This document shows positions 8,173-17,930 of a stretch of 64,000 bases of DNA, piece by piece. Every line of letters starts with the position of its first letter. The first letter of the stretch is position 1. The notes under the pieces are model-generated. The model was not told the origin of the DNA and made no database searches. It saw nothing but the letters and a program-made list of their open reading frames with translations. The DNA lies in IMG/VR virus record IMGVR_UViG_3300017971_007886, positions 1-64,000 of that record. One strand, given 5' to 3'. The DNA is from a virus. The position numbers and the translations under genes are program-made.

Positions 8173-10146
8173 ATGCCACTACAATCACGTTCGCAATTCA
8201 ATCAGGTGGATGTGCCGATACGGTACATTACCGAGGCCGGTCCAGCCGAGCAGTTGTGTCAGGAGTTGATGCGACAACCTCTGGCCGCTTGGGATACTGA
8301 GACCGTAGGCCACAATGTCAAGAAAGAGTCACCCGTAGGGAAGGCCCGTTGCGTCTTGTTCTCTGTGTGCTTCAACGAGGATGAGGCGTTCGCCGTCAAG
8401 AACTATGGCAACCAGGAGGGGATGATCAAAATCTTCAAGCCCTGGTTCGAGAGCGAGCGGTGTCAGAAGCTCACTCACAATGGGAAGTACGACAACCATG
8501 TCATGGAGAATCATGGCATCAAGGTCCGTGGGAACGTGTTCGATTCCGTTATCGGTACATGGCTCCTCGACGAGAACCTTCCGAAGGCCCTGGAAGAGCA
8601 GGTTCTTCACCACTTCAGCGAGAAGTACCCGACGTTCTCTCAGACCTTTCGCTATAGGCCATTGGTCAAGAGCGGGAAGCGTCGGATGAAGGCGTACAAG
8701 ACAGCAGACCTCACTGAGGTTCTGTTGGACCCATCGAGTCCGTTGCATCAGCCTGTGAAGGCGGCGAAGTACGCCGGGAAGGATGCGTGGTTGCAGTACC
8801 GTCTCGGGTTGTACGTGCGGGACTCTCTCACGCAGGTCCAGTGGTACCGGGACTATTCGATGTTGGACTACTACAACAAGGTCGAGCATCCCTATCAGGA
8901 CGCCCTCTATGACATGGAGCGGGTTGGTACCCGAATCGACATTGGCTACCTCGGAGAGTTGTCCGAGATGTGGGTCAAGGAGATGGAGGAGTGTCGCATC
9001 GAGTTCATGGAGCGTGCGGTAGAGATGGGTGCGCCGCAGTCCGTTCTTCGTGAACTCAACATGGGTAGTAGTCAGCAGTTGGCCGAGTTGTTCTACGGAA
9101 TGTTGGAGATGCCCGCAGGTCGTCAGACCAAGAAAGGGTTCTCTGTTGATGATGCGGAGCTGGAGCGATTGGAGAACGCCGGGTTCGACATCGTGACATC
9201 GCTTCGTCGGATCAACTCATTGGAGAAACTGAGAGGGACGTACTCGGACACCCTACCGCTTCAGGCCGACAAGGATGGGCGGGTTCATACGTCGTTCAAT
9301 CAGACGGGTACCGTCACTGGCCGGTTGAGTTCTAGCAACCCCAACCTTCAGAACATTCCTATTCGTAGTGCCGATGGCGCTCTCATTCGTGAGGCGTTCA
9401 TTCCTACGGACGGGTACAAGATGATCGACTCCGACCTTTCGCAGATCGAGTTGCGTCTCATGGCCCACATGAGCCAGGACGGTCGGATGATTGAGGGCTT
9501 CAACTCAGGCGAGGACTTCCACGCCCTCACGGCCAAGGGCATGTATCCTCAGTTGGCCGACAAGTCGGTGAAGGAGATCAAGAAGCATCACAGCGAGGAG
9601 CGTGGTCGAGGTAAGACACTCAACTTTGGCATCCAGTACGGTATGGGTCCAGGGAAGTTGTCGAAGGATTGGGGCGTGTCCATGGACGAGGCCCGCAAGA
9701 TTCTTCAGTCGTACCACCGGACCTACCCCAACATTGGTACCTTCAAACGGCACTCGTTGATGTTCGCGAGGACGAACGGATTTGTCAGAACGCTTCTGAG
9801 GCGGTATAGACATCTTCACAACATCAATTCGAGTGACAAGATCGCACGGTCGTATGCCGAGCGAGAGGCGATCAGTTCCATCATTCAGGGGTCCGCAGCG
9901 GACATCTTGAAGATGGCCATGATCCTCGTCCACCGGGACGAACGCCTCAAGAAGATGGGCTACCGAATGTTGATTCAGGTTCACGACGAAATCCTTGGTG
10001 AGGCACCGATGCGACAGGCGGTCAAGGCCCAGAAGATTGTTGAAGGCTACATGGAGAATCCGTACAAACACTTTGGTATGAAGCCACTTTGCATCCCCAC
10101 TCCTGCCGAGGGTAGTGCGGCGATGTGTTGGGCCGAGGCACACTGA
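8173..10146 (+). CDS. polA: family A DNA polymerase (3'-5' exonuclease + polymerase)
   Basis: WDTET, HNGKYD, TGRLSSSNPNLQNIP, DLSQIELRLMAH, KTLNFGIQYG, IQGSAAD, QVHDE. Confidence 0.96.
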   Translation: MPLQSRSQFNQVDVPIRYITEAGPAEQLCQELMRQPLAAWDTETVGHNVKKESPVGKARCVLFSVCFNEDEAFAVKNYGNQEGMIKIFKPWFESERCQKLTHNGKYDNHVMENHGIKVRGNVFDSVIGTWLLDENLPKALEEQVLHHFSEKYPTFSQTFRYRPLVKSGKRRMKAYKTADLTEVLLDPSSPLHQPVKAAKYAGKDAWLQYRLGLYVRDSLTQVQWYRDYSMLDYYNKVEHPYQDALYDMERVGTRIDIGYLGELSEMWVKEMEECRIEFMERAVEMGAPQSVLRELNMGSSQQLAELFYGMLEMPAGRQTKKGFSVDDAELERLENAGFDIVTSLRRINSLEKLRGTYSDTLPLQADKDGRVHTSFNQTGTVTGRLSSSNPNLQNIPIRSADGALIREAFIPTDGYKMIDSDLSQIELRLMAHMSQDGRMIEGFNSGEDFHALTAKGMYPQLADKSVKEIKKHHSEERGRGKTLNFGIQYGMGPGKLSKDWGVSMDEARKILQSYHRTYPNIGTFKRHSLMFARTNGFVRTLLRRYRHLHNINSSDKIARSYAEREAISSIIQGSAADILKMAMILVHRDERLKKMGYRMLIQVHDEILGEAPMRQAVKAQKIVEGYMENPYKHFGMKPLCIPTPAEGSAAMCWAEAH

Positions 10147-10147
10147 C

Positions 10148-11050
10148 ATGCCAAAGATCGAGTACGTCAGCAAGAAGTTCAACACCAACACGTATCAGCT
10201 CATTCTTCAGGCGAACGAGATCATCGAGGAGTATCAATCGCAGGGATACTCGTTGACTCTTCGTCAGTTGTACTACCAGTTTGTGGCGAGGGATATCATC
10301 CCCAACAAGCAGACGGAGTACAAACGCCTTGGGTCGGTCATCAACGATGCACGACTCGCGGGGATGATCGACTGGTACGCCATCGAGGACAGGACTCGAA
10401 ATCTTGCATCACTCCCCCACTGGGACGGGCCACAGGACATCGTGGAATCGTGCTCTACTCAGTTTCGATACGATATGTGGGAGGATCAGCGGTGCAGGGT
10501 CGAGGTTTGGGTGGAGAAAGAGGCGTTGGCCGGGGTGTTCTCCCGCGTCTGTACCGAGCTGGACATTCCGTACTTCAGTTGTCGTGGGTACGTGTCGCAG
10601 TCTGAGATGTGGGTCGCGGCCCAGCGACTTCAGAAGTACATCGAAGATGGGCAGTGGGCCTTGATTCTCCACTTTGGAGACCATGACCCGAGCGGAATCG
10701 ACATGACCCGCGACATTCGAGATAGGCTGTCCACGTTCTGGGCCGACTCGGTTGAGGTTCGTCGCATCGCGTTGAACATGGATCAGATCGATGAGCACAG
10801 TCCTCCACCAAATCCGGCCAAGGTGACAGACTCCCGGTTTCGGGGGTATTGTGCCCGATACGGTGATGATTCGTGGGAGCTGGATGCGTTGGAGCCTGCC
10901 GTTCTGGCCGGTCTAGTCCGACAGGAAGTGTCAGAGCTTGTCGATGAGGAGAAGTGGGACGCCAGAGCGAAGTTGCAGGAAGAGGGTAGGAAGGATTTGA
11001 AACTCGTTGCGAAGAAGTGGCCCAAGGTACTTGAGGCTATTCGCCACTAG
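10148..11050 (+). CDS. Topo VI-A/Spo11/JetD-like wHTH-TOPRIM protein
   Basis: TLRQLYYQ, EVWVEK, HFGDHDPSGIDM, WELDAL. Confidence 0.7.
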   Translation: MPKIEYVSKKFNTNTYQLILQANEIIEEYQSQGYSLTLRQLYYQFVARDIIPNKQTEYKRLGSVINDARLAGMIDWYAIEDRTRNLASLPHWDGPQDIVESCSTQFRYDMWEDQRCRVEVWVEKEALAGVFSRVCTELDIPYFSCRGYVSQSEMWVAAQRLQKYIEDGQWALILHFGDHDPSGIDMTRDIRDRLSTFWADSVEVRRIALNMDQIDEHSPPPNPAKVTDSRFRGYCARYGDDSWELDALEPAVLAGLVRQEVSELVDEEKWDARAKLQEEGRKDLKLVAKKWPKVLEAIRH

Positions 11051-11059
11051 GAGGAGACA

Positions 11060-11443
11060 ATGGCAAACGTAAATCTGAAAGAAGTGATCGAGCACCTGGG
11101 CCAGGTCCGCGTACCAGAGCGGCCCACGTCGGAAGTGCTGATTGGTCGTGTAGAGGATGTGGGAATCCTTCGGGAGGTCCACAAGACGGAGGAGATGGGT
11201 AGGGCAGTCGAAGCGGCGGCCCGCGAGGCCCACCAGGCGATGATCAAACTGGTCGCTGCCCGTGAGTCCTTCGAGGTTCAACAGCAGGGTATGTGGTCTG
11301 AGATCCAGAAGGAGATCCCGGTGGTTCAACAGCAGGGCCACTACTCCGTCAACCCGATCACTGGCGACGTGTTCGAGCTGACGTTCAAGGGGTGTACTGG
11401 TTGTCAGGAAGAGGAACATTGTGTCCCGAAGCATCTCAACTAG
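11060..11443 (+). CDS. hypothetical protein
   Basis: 127 aa ORF with AGGAGGAG RBS. Confidence 0.6.
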   Translation: MANVNLKEVIEHLGQVRVPERPTSEVLIGRVEDVGILREVHKTEEMGRAVEAAAREAHQAMIKLVAARESFEVQQQGMWSEIQKEIPVVQQQGHYSVNPITGDVFELTFKGCTGCQEEEHCVPKHLN

Positions 11444-11452
11444 GAGGGCCGA

Positions 11453-12205
11453 ATGTCTTCCACACGGAGAGGTAGCAAGAGGAGACACGCCAACGATGAC
11501 TACCAGACTCCGTGGCCGTTTGCTGCTCAGATTGCCGAGAGATTGGTCAAGGACGGATTGCTCCAACCGGGGATGCGGGTACTCGAACCGGCAGCCGGGG
11601 AGGGGCGACTTCTACGATGTGTCCAGCATTACTGCCCGGAGGTAGGACGACTGCGGGCCGTAGAGTTGAATCCCAGGTACATGGAGGGCTTGATGGAGTA
11701 TCGCCCAGCGATGGGCGACTTCACCTCCTGGGTGACGCTTGAGAAGTTCGATCTGATACTCACCAATCCGCCGTTCTCTCTGACGGAGCAGTTCATCCGT
11801 CGCGGGGTGTCATTGTTGGCCCCTGGCGGTAGGCTCATCCTCCTTCAACGTCTCGCGTTGATGGCCGGGAAGGACCGCCAGGATTATCTGTGGCGCGTGC
11901 AGGAGTACGACAGGTTGTACGTCTGTTCGAGCCGCCCAAATTTCATTGTGGGTGTGAAGGGCAAGAGCGGAGACTCAGCCGACTACGGTTGGTATGGCTT
12001 CGTCTCTCCTATGGAAGCCCCAGCCCTTGGGCGTCGGTCAGACCGACCTCGGACTGTGACGATCACTCACCTACGCAAACCAAAGGAGGTTGACCCGTGC
12101 CTATTAGCACCAAAAAGAAGAAGGTTCCAGCCAAAGGGCTTACTGCCAAAAAGAAGACCACCAAAAAGAAGACACGGACTGTCAGCCGCAAGAAGGACGC
12201 GATAG
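11453..12205 (+). CDS. DNA amino-methyltransferase (m6A/m4C)
   Basis: DDYQTP, VLEPAAGEG (motif I), ILTNPPF (motif IV). Confidence 0.85.
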   Translation: MSSTRRGSKRRHANDDYQTPWPFAAQIAERLVKDGLLQPGMRVLEPAAGEGRLLRCVQHYCPEVGRLRAVELNPRYMEGLMEYRPAMGDFTSWVTLEKFDLILTNPPFSLTEQFIRRGVSLLAPGGRLILLQRLALMAGKDRQDYLWRVQEYDRLYVCSSRPNFIVGVKGKSGDSADYGWYGFVSPMEAPALGRRSDRPRTVTITHLRKPKEVDPCLLAPKRRRFQPKGLLPKRRPPKRRHGLSAARRTR

Positions 12206-13377
12206 ACCTTCTCCTGGCCTCGATCAACAAAGAGCTGAAGGACGGTGGGTCCGTTCAACGTGGGGAGGAGATCACCTACCTCAACTTCGAGCGCATCCCG
12301 TCAGGGTCACTTGGTCTCGACATCATCATGGGTGGAGGGATACCCCGGTCAGCCATCACGCAGTACAAGGGGATCGAGTCTGCGGCGAAGACCACGATGG
12401 CCATGCACGCCTTCTCCATTCGTCAACGAGAAGGGGAAGACGTGGCCTGGGCAGCCTCGGAGGGGTTCGATAAGAAGTGGGCCAGGAAGAACGGGTGCTT
12501 CATCCCCTACAATGAGAAGGAGCTGGAACTACTTGTGAGGAACGGGAAGTTGCGGTCGGCTTCTCATGCCCAGGAGTTCGCGGAGAGGTACTTGGCCAAG
12601 CATGACGGTTGGGGAACGTTCAGTTTGGTACAAACCAGGTCTAGCCCCAAGCTGTTGGAGGTGGCCTCTCAGTTGGTGCGTGCGGGCCTCTATGGCCTGG
12701 TTGCCCTCGACAGTGCGGGCGCTCTCATCTCTGACGAGGATGATGAGAAGGAGGTAGGGGATGCTACCCGCGTGGGTGGTAACGCTAAGATCATCACGCA
12801 CTTCGTCAACAAGGTGCGGAAGTCTTTCAACGCGGGCGTGCCCTCGACCAAGGATGTGAATGGCAAAACGATCAAGTGTACTACGCCCAACCAAACGGCT
12901 GTCATCGTCATCAACCAGGTGCGTGACAGGATCGGGGCGTGGTCTCCGCGTGGTACTCCCGAACCGGAGGCAGGCGGCGGGTATGGTCTCAAACACGGGA
13001 AGGACATCGACATTCGCTTCTCGAAGGGAGACCTCCTGACTGTCAGCGTGCGAGGGCAGAAGATCGTGTACGGTAGGCAGGTCAAGGCGAAGTGCGAGAA
13101 GAACAAGACCGCCGCCCCGTACCGTCAGGCGTCCTGGTACCTCTACTTCAAGAGCTATAAGGATGAGGGGATCAAGTCGGGTACGATTGACCTGGCAGAC
13201 GAGGTTCTACAGTACGGTCGGTACTACGGTCTCATCGAGCAGTCGGGCCACTTCTACAACATCGAAGGTGAGAAACTGAATGGGGCCGAGGCGGCAGTGA
13301 TGTTCCTACGAGAACAGCCCGAAATCCTGACCGCGTACCGCCAGACCATACTCGAACTCGCAGGCCAGGGAGAGTGA
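12097..13377 (+). CDS. recA: RecA/UvsX recombinase
   Basis: IPSGSLGLDIIMGGGIP, GIESAAKTT, VALDS, INQVRDRIG, KNKTAAPYR. Confidence 0.9.
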   Translation: MPISTKKKKVPAKGLTAKKKTTKKKTRTVSRKKDAIDLLLASINKELKDGGSVQRGEEITYLNFERIPSGSLGLDIIMGGGIPRSAITQYKGIESAAKTTMAMHAFSIRQREGEDVAWAASEGFDKKWARKNGCFIPYNEKELELLVRNGKLRSASHAQEFAERYLAKHDGWGTFSLVQTRSSPKLLEVASQLVRAGLYGLVALDSAGALISDEDDEKEVGDATRVGGNAKIITHFVNKVRKSFNAGVPSTKDVNGKTIKCTTPNQTAVIVINQVRDRIGAWSPRGTPEPEAGGGYGLKHGKDIDIRFSKGDLLTVSVRGQKIVYGRQVKAKCEKNKTAAPYRQASWYLYFKSYKDEGIKSGTIDLADEVLQYGRYYGLIEQSGHFYNIEGEKLNGAEAAVMFLREQPEILTAYRQTILELAGQGE

Positions 13378-13537
13378 GTGCGAGGAAAGAAACGTATATC
13401 CACCGAGGCAATCTCTCGGTGGAGAGAGTTGCGTGCGGCCAAGGTGCCAGCGGGCAGCGCCAATCGAGAGATGGCCGCGCTCAGAAGATTCCTACTCGAC
13501 ATAGGACAGTGGCGAGTAGTTTACGAGGAGCAATCCA

Positions 13538-13702
13538 ATGTCTCAGAAGTCAACAAAGAAGGTAGTGCTGGAAGTGGTGGAGCGGGCGACGGGGAACGTG
13601 GTTCACACCCTGGAGACGACCAAGCTGAAGGTGGATAAGGTCGTCAGGGGTATGCTTCACCAGATGGACGTGGAACGGTACTACGTGAGGGAGCAACCAT
13701 GA
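13538..13702 (+). CDS. small hypothetical protein (54 aa, below ORF-track cutoff)
   Basis: GAGGAG RBS, MSQKSTKKVVLEVVERATG..., ATGA overlap with ligase start. Confidence 0.55.
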   Translation: MSQKSTKKVVLEVVERATGNVVHTLETTKLKVDKVVRGMLHQMDVERYYVREQP

Positions 13703-14598
13703 CGATTACGAAACCGATGTTAGCCGCCTCACTGGATACGCTGGAGTCAATCGTGTACCCGGTGTTGGCGAGTCCGAAGATCGACGGTATCCGTTGCCTC
13801 AAGGTAGGCGGCAAGGCCGTCAGTAGGAAGTTCAAGGACATCCAGAACCACTACATTCGGAAGATGCTGTCCAAGATCCTGCCCGAGGGATCGGACGGTG
13901 AGATCGTTGTGGGCGACACGTTCCAAGAGACATCCTCGGCAGTGATGAGTCACGATGGCGAGCCCAACTTCACGTTCTGCATGTTCGACCTCGTTCAAGG
14001 GAACCTGGAGGAGCCTTTTCAGAGTCGCATCTACCACGCGGGACAGTGGATACAGTCGAATGATTGTGAGCTTGACGTACTGAGTCACGTCAACTTGGTG
14101 CCACACGTCGAGATCCGAAACGAAGAGGAACTGCTTGCCTACGAGGCCGACATCTTGGAGTTGGGGTATGAGGGAGTGATGCTGCGATCTCCTCATGGGC
14201 CGTACAAGTGTGGGCGGTCTACCTTGAAACAGGGGTACCTCGTGAAGCTCAAGCGATTCGTGGATGGCGAGGCCGAGATTCTTAGCATCACCGAGATGAT
14301 GGAGAACAAGAACACCGCCGAGACTGACGAGCTGGGGTACACGAAGCGGTCTGGACACCAAGCCAACTTCGTAGGCAAGAACACTCTCGGTTCGTTTCAG
14401 GTGATGGACTTGGAGACCGGGATCGAGTTTGATATTGGTACCGGGGAAGGATTGACCCAGGAACTTCGGAAGGAGCTGTGGGAGATGGGAGACGAGTTGG
14501 TAGGCAAGATCATCAAGTACAAGTCTCAGCCTACTGGTGTGAAGACCGCTCCCCGGTTCCCCGTGTTCCTTGGGTTCAGAGACCCGGGCGATATGTGA
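13699..14598 (+). CDS. ATP-dependent DNA ligase
   Basis: SPKIDGIRC, DGEI, FDL, YEGVMLR, VKLK, PRFPVF. Confidence 0.93.
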   Translation: MTITKPMLAASLDTLESIVYPVLASPKIDGIRCLKVGGKAVSRKFKDIQNHYIRKMLSKILPEGSDGEIVVGDTFQETSSAVMSHDGEPNFTFCMFDLVQGNLEEPFQSRIYHAGQWIQSNDCELDVLSHVNLVPHVEIRNEEELLAYEADILELGYEGVMLRSPHGPYKCGRSTLKQGYLVKLKRFVDGEAEILSITEMMENKNTAETDELGYTKRSGHQANFVGKNTLGSFQVMDLETGIEFDIGTGEGLTQELRKELWEMGDELVGKIIKYKSQPTGVKTAPRFPVFLGFRDPGDM

Positions 14599-14990
14599 TG
14601 GAGGAGAGAATGTACGCAGTCTATATCGCCGGGCCGTTCCGTGCGAAGAATGGGTGGGAGCTGACAAAGAACGTGAGGAAGGCCGAGGACGCGATTGGCG
14701 ATTTGATGATCATCCCCGATGTGCTCCCTGTTTGCCCTCATACCATGTTCAAGAACTTCGACCGCACCAAGAACGACAAGTTCTGGATCGATGCCACGCT
14801 GGAGTTGATGCGTCGGTGCGACTCGGTTCTGGTACTCGAAGGGCATGAACATTCTGAAGGTACTAAGGGGGAGATTGCCGAAGCCAAGCGTTTGGGCATC
14901 CCCGTTTTCTATCGTACCACCGAGGTATTCAACTGGGTGGGCGAGAGGCTGGCCAATGAGACTTCGGACAATTCCAACTCTGGCTGCTAG
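14598..14990 (+). CDS. DUF4406 / nucleoside 2-deoxyribosyltransferase-like protein
   Basis: VYIAGPF...CPH...RCDSVLVL...SEGTKGEIAEAKRLGIPVF. Confidence 0.7.
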   Translation: MEERMYAVYIAGPFRAKNGWELTKNVRKAEDAIGDLMIIPDVLPVCPHTMFKNFDRTKNDKFWIDATLELMRRCDSVLVLEGHEHSEGTKGEIAEAKRLGIPVFYRTTEVFNWVGERLANETSDNSNSGC

Positions 14991-15042
14991 GAGGACGTAC
15001 CTGCGGGCCGCCAGTAAGTTGGGCATCAAGAATGGAGACACC

Positions 15043-15507
15043 ATGAGTGAGCAAGTCAAGAGGATGGGACGTAGAGCCCTGGACCTGGCGGGTATTGCCG
15101 CCCTGGTCACTGCCCTCACTTCGGCCTATGGCAACTTCAAGGGTGAGGACAAGAACAAACGGATGCAGAAGAGCATCTACAACATTCACAGCGAGCGTTT
15201 GGCAGTCATCGAGTACCGTCTCGACAGGATTGACCAAGCCTTGCAGATACCCCCAGCCACCGAGCGGGCGGCGGTACCCGTGCCCGCCAGCGACGAGGAT
15301 TTGGCTGTCGTGAAGTCGGCCAAACCTGTGCCCGTCTATGATCATCCACTCGCTGACGTGGAGGTAGAGGCCGATGCCGATGATATTGCGGAGGTCGGGG
15401 AAGTCGCACCCCTAGTTGCGTCACCGAAGCCTATGCGTGCCCCGTCCTTTGACGCAGTTCAGCGAGTCGTCGAGGGCGGGGGCGTGTTTGAACCAGCAAA
15501 GGAGTAA
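15043..15507 (+). CDS. hypothetical membrane-anchored protein
   Basis: One hydrophobic segment LAGIAALVTALTSAY. Confidence 0.45.
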   Translation: MSEQVKRMGRRALDLAGIAALVTALTSAYGNFKGEDKNKRMQKSIYNIHSERLAVIEYRLDRIDQALQIPPATERAAVPVPASDEDLAVVKSAKPVPVYDHPLADVEVEADADDIAEVGEVAPLVASPKPMRAPSFDAVQRVVEGGGVFEPAKE

Positions 15508-15510
15508 TTG

Positions 15511-15822
15511 ATGCCAGTACCAAGAAAAGGAAAGCCCCAGAAGTTGACCCGAGTACAGCAGTTGATCGTCGATGAGTGTCGATCCGTTGCCGACCTACTC
15601 CTGGCCAAGAACCGAGAGTATGGCAACTCCGCGATGGAGCCTATCGGTGTGTTCTCTGGTCTCACTGCCGAGGAGCAGATTGCGGTGCGTATCGACGACA
15701 AGTTGAAGCGCATCCAGACCACTCGTGAGATGGACGACACGGAGATCCATGAGGACACCGAGCTGGACCTCATTGGGTACCTCGTACTGATGCGGGTAGC
15801 CCGCATTGTGGAGAACGACTAA
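15511..15822 (+). CDS. DUF1599 / nucleotide-modification-associated domain protein
   Basis: LLAKNREYGNS...VRIDDKLKRI...EDTELDLIGYLVL. Confidence 0.75.
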   Translation: MPVPRKGKPQKLTRVQQLIVDECRSVADLLLAKNREYGNSAMEPIGVFSGLTAEEQIAVRIDDKLKRIQTTREMDDTEIHEDTELDLIGYLVLMRVARIVEND

Positions 15823-15901
15823 TGGGCAAGATCGTGACGAGACCCTATACGAAAGCCTACGGGGACGGATGGGACCGTATTTGGGGGAAAGGAAAAGAGG
15901 C

Positions 15902-16222
15902 ATGTCCCGACGAGACCTCCCAATCAAACGAGCCGAGCGCCAAGAGCGAGGACTCGTCAAGCAGTTCGGAGGAAGGCGACAGCCCGGAAGCGGAAACCAA
16001 TGGCACTCCCAAGGAGACGCCAAACTGAGCCGGTTCCTGGTTGAGGCCAAGTACACCGACAAGCAGCAGTACCCCCTCAAGAGACGTGAGATAGAAGCCC
16101 TCCGAAAGAAGGCCCTGTTCGAGCAACGTGAGTGGGCCTTACAGGTCGATCTGGGAGACCTCAGACTGGTGGTACTCCCGCTCTCGGCACTCGAAGAGTT
16201 AGAAGACCGAATTGACGAGTAG
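15902..16222 (+). CDS. PD-(D/E)XK Holliday-junction-resolvase-like nuclease
   Basis: QE...GGRRQPGSG...GDA...LVEAKYT. Confidence 0.65.
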   Translation: MSRRDLPIKRAERQERGLVKQFGGRRQPGSGNQWHSQGDAKLSRFLVEAKYTDKQQYPLKRREIEALRKKALFEQREWALQVDLGDLRLVVLPLSALEELEDRIDE

Positions 16223-16267
16223 GCGCGGTGAGCGGTATAGTACCGCCAAGTCCGAAACGTAGTCCTA

Positions 16268-17041
16268 GTGAAGGAGCATGAGATGTCACCATTACGGGGC
16301 GGCCTGTCATTGGCTATGAGGCCAAAGAAGACAGTCGCAAAGAAGCCCCTTTCCGAATCCGACGAGCCGCCCTCAGTGGTGGCCGAAGTTTTCAAAAGCA
16401 TCGACGATGATCAGAAGATGCGGGAGACCAGGTTCTTCCGCCCCTCTGGCATTGGTGGGTGCCTTCGGGAAGGATACTACCACTACCTCAAAACAGTGAA
16501 GAAACCAGAGAGGTTGCCTGCTCGAATCCAGTTGGTGTTCGACCAAGGCTCCTCGATTCACGAGATCGTTCAGAAGTGGTTGGGTAAGTCCCAACGATTC
16601 TTCTCGGCACACGAGGTCAACGTTTGGGTGCCCACCCTCGAAGTCTTTGGGCACGTTGACACTGTGATGATCGAGATGGCCTCGATGTACGCATTCATGG
16701 TGGAGGTCAAGTCCATCAACAGCGACGGGTTCAACCGTATCGCACGACCGAAAAGTGAACACAGGGCGCAAGCCAATTTGTACCTAGGGTTGTTGCGACG
16801 GTTGGCCCCGTGGTTGCAGCCTTGGTTCGTGGTCCTGTACTACAACAAGGACAACCAATCGCTGCGCGAGTTCAAGTGCCGGTTCAACCAAAAGCTGTTC
16901 GAGAAGTCGATGGCATGGTGTGCGGAGATCAAAGAGTACATCGACAACAACGACATCCCGCCCTACGATCCTCGCCGCTGTGATGAACAGATTTGCCGGT
17001 ACGTGGACATCTGCAAGAAGAACATGAAAGGGAGGAAGTGA
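16268..17041 (+). CDS. Cas4-like PD-(D/E)XK exonuclease
   Basis: PSGIGGC, GSSIHE, GHVD, VEVKS, QANLY, C-terminal C-x4-C-x5-C. Confidence 0.8.
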   Translation: MKEHEMSPLRGGLSLAMRPKKTVAKKPLSESDEPPSVVAEVFKSIDDDQKMRETRFFRPSGIGGCLREGYYHYLKTVKKPERLPARIQLVFDQGSSIHEIVQKWLGKSQRFFSAHEVNVWVPTLEVFGHVDTVMIEMASMYAFMVEVKSINSDGFNRIARPKSEHRAQANLYLGLLRRLAPWLQPWFVVLYYNKDNQSLREFKCRFNQKLFEKSMAWCAEIKEYIDNNDIPPYDPRRCDEQICRYVDICKKNMKGRK

Positions 17042-17571
17042 TGCCCCTGGGTCGCGCTACAAAGAAAGCGATGGCCAAGGTCCGTGAGGAGATGGCCGAA
17101 ATCGACAGCAGCGTGAGTGATCAGTCGTTGCGTCGGTTGGCCAAGGCACAACTGGCCCTACCAGATCGTCCTGTGGATGGTAACGGGGTGGCGATTTCGC
17201 CGCAGTTGCCTCCTGACCTCACGATCTTGTCCAATCAGGAGTTGGGTGCTCTCTACACTGAGTTCTGTGCGATGGTCGCCTACGCCTATGGTCAGGCAGC
17301 CCTGACAGACGTGGAGTACACCATCAAGAGAGAGGCACACAGCCTCGCCAAGACCAAGGCCATGTTGGCGAGTAACGAGGCGAAGCTGTACCTCAAGAAG
17401 GCCGAGACGAAGGTAGGGAAGCAGTTTCAGAAGTTGGCCCGTGATGAGTTGGTGGCAGAGTCCACTGCGAAACTCACCCAGGCGGTTCTGGAGGGGTTCA
17501 TCACAGGGAAAGAGAGCACATCGCGTGAGATCACGCGACGACAGGGCCTCGTTGATCGAGAGCCCCGATAG
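17041..17571 (+). CDS. hypothetical helical protein (possible recombination mediator)
   Basis: TGATG-coupled; ends TSREITRR; position after nuclease. Confidence 0.5.
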   Translation: MPLGRATKKAMAKVREEMAEIDSSVSDQSLRRLAKAQLALPDRPVDGNGVAISPQLPPDLTILSNQELGALYTEFCAMVAYAYGQAALTDVEYTIKREAHSLAKTKAMLASNEAKLYLKKAETKVGKQFQKLARDELVAESTAKLTQAVLEGFITGKESTSREITRRQGLVDREPR

Positions 17572-17582
17572 AAAGGTGGCTA

Positions 17583-17930
17583 GTGAAGGGAAAAGGTAAC
17601 ACGGGAGTTCCCGCAGCCGATGGCCTGGTACGGGCAGAGTACCCTATTGAAGAGGTACGTGTATCAGGGAGAACGAACGTACAAGATTTGGCTTGGGCGA
17701 TCTGTAAGACGCACGAGGATGGAAAGCGCGTGTGTCTGGTGGGGATTGGTACTCAGGCGATCAGCCAGGCGGTGAAGGCTGTAGCGATTGCCAACAGTCG
17801 TGGCGCGTCTCATGGCGTGGTGATGTCGGCGCTACCCTCTATGGTAGATGTCCAGATTGCCGACGAGTCCACGGGCCAGAGCGTTGAGCGTACTGTGGTG
17901 AAGCTCACCCTGATCCCCTACTCATGGTGA
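17583..17930 (+). CDS. spoVS: SpoVS-family (Alba-fold) protein
   Basis: VRVSGRTNVQDLAWAI...GIGTQAISQAVKAVAIA...ERTVVKL matches the SpoVS pattern KVS...AIGAGALNQAVKAVAIA...ERTAIKL. Confidence 0.8.
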   Translation: MKGKGNTGVPAADGLVRAEYPIEEVRVSGRTNVQDLAWAICKTHEDGKRVCLVGIGTQAISQAVKAVAIANSRGASHGVVMSALPSMVDVQIADESTGQSVERTVVKLTLIPYSW

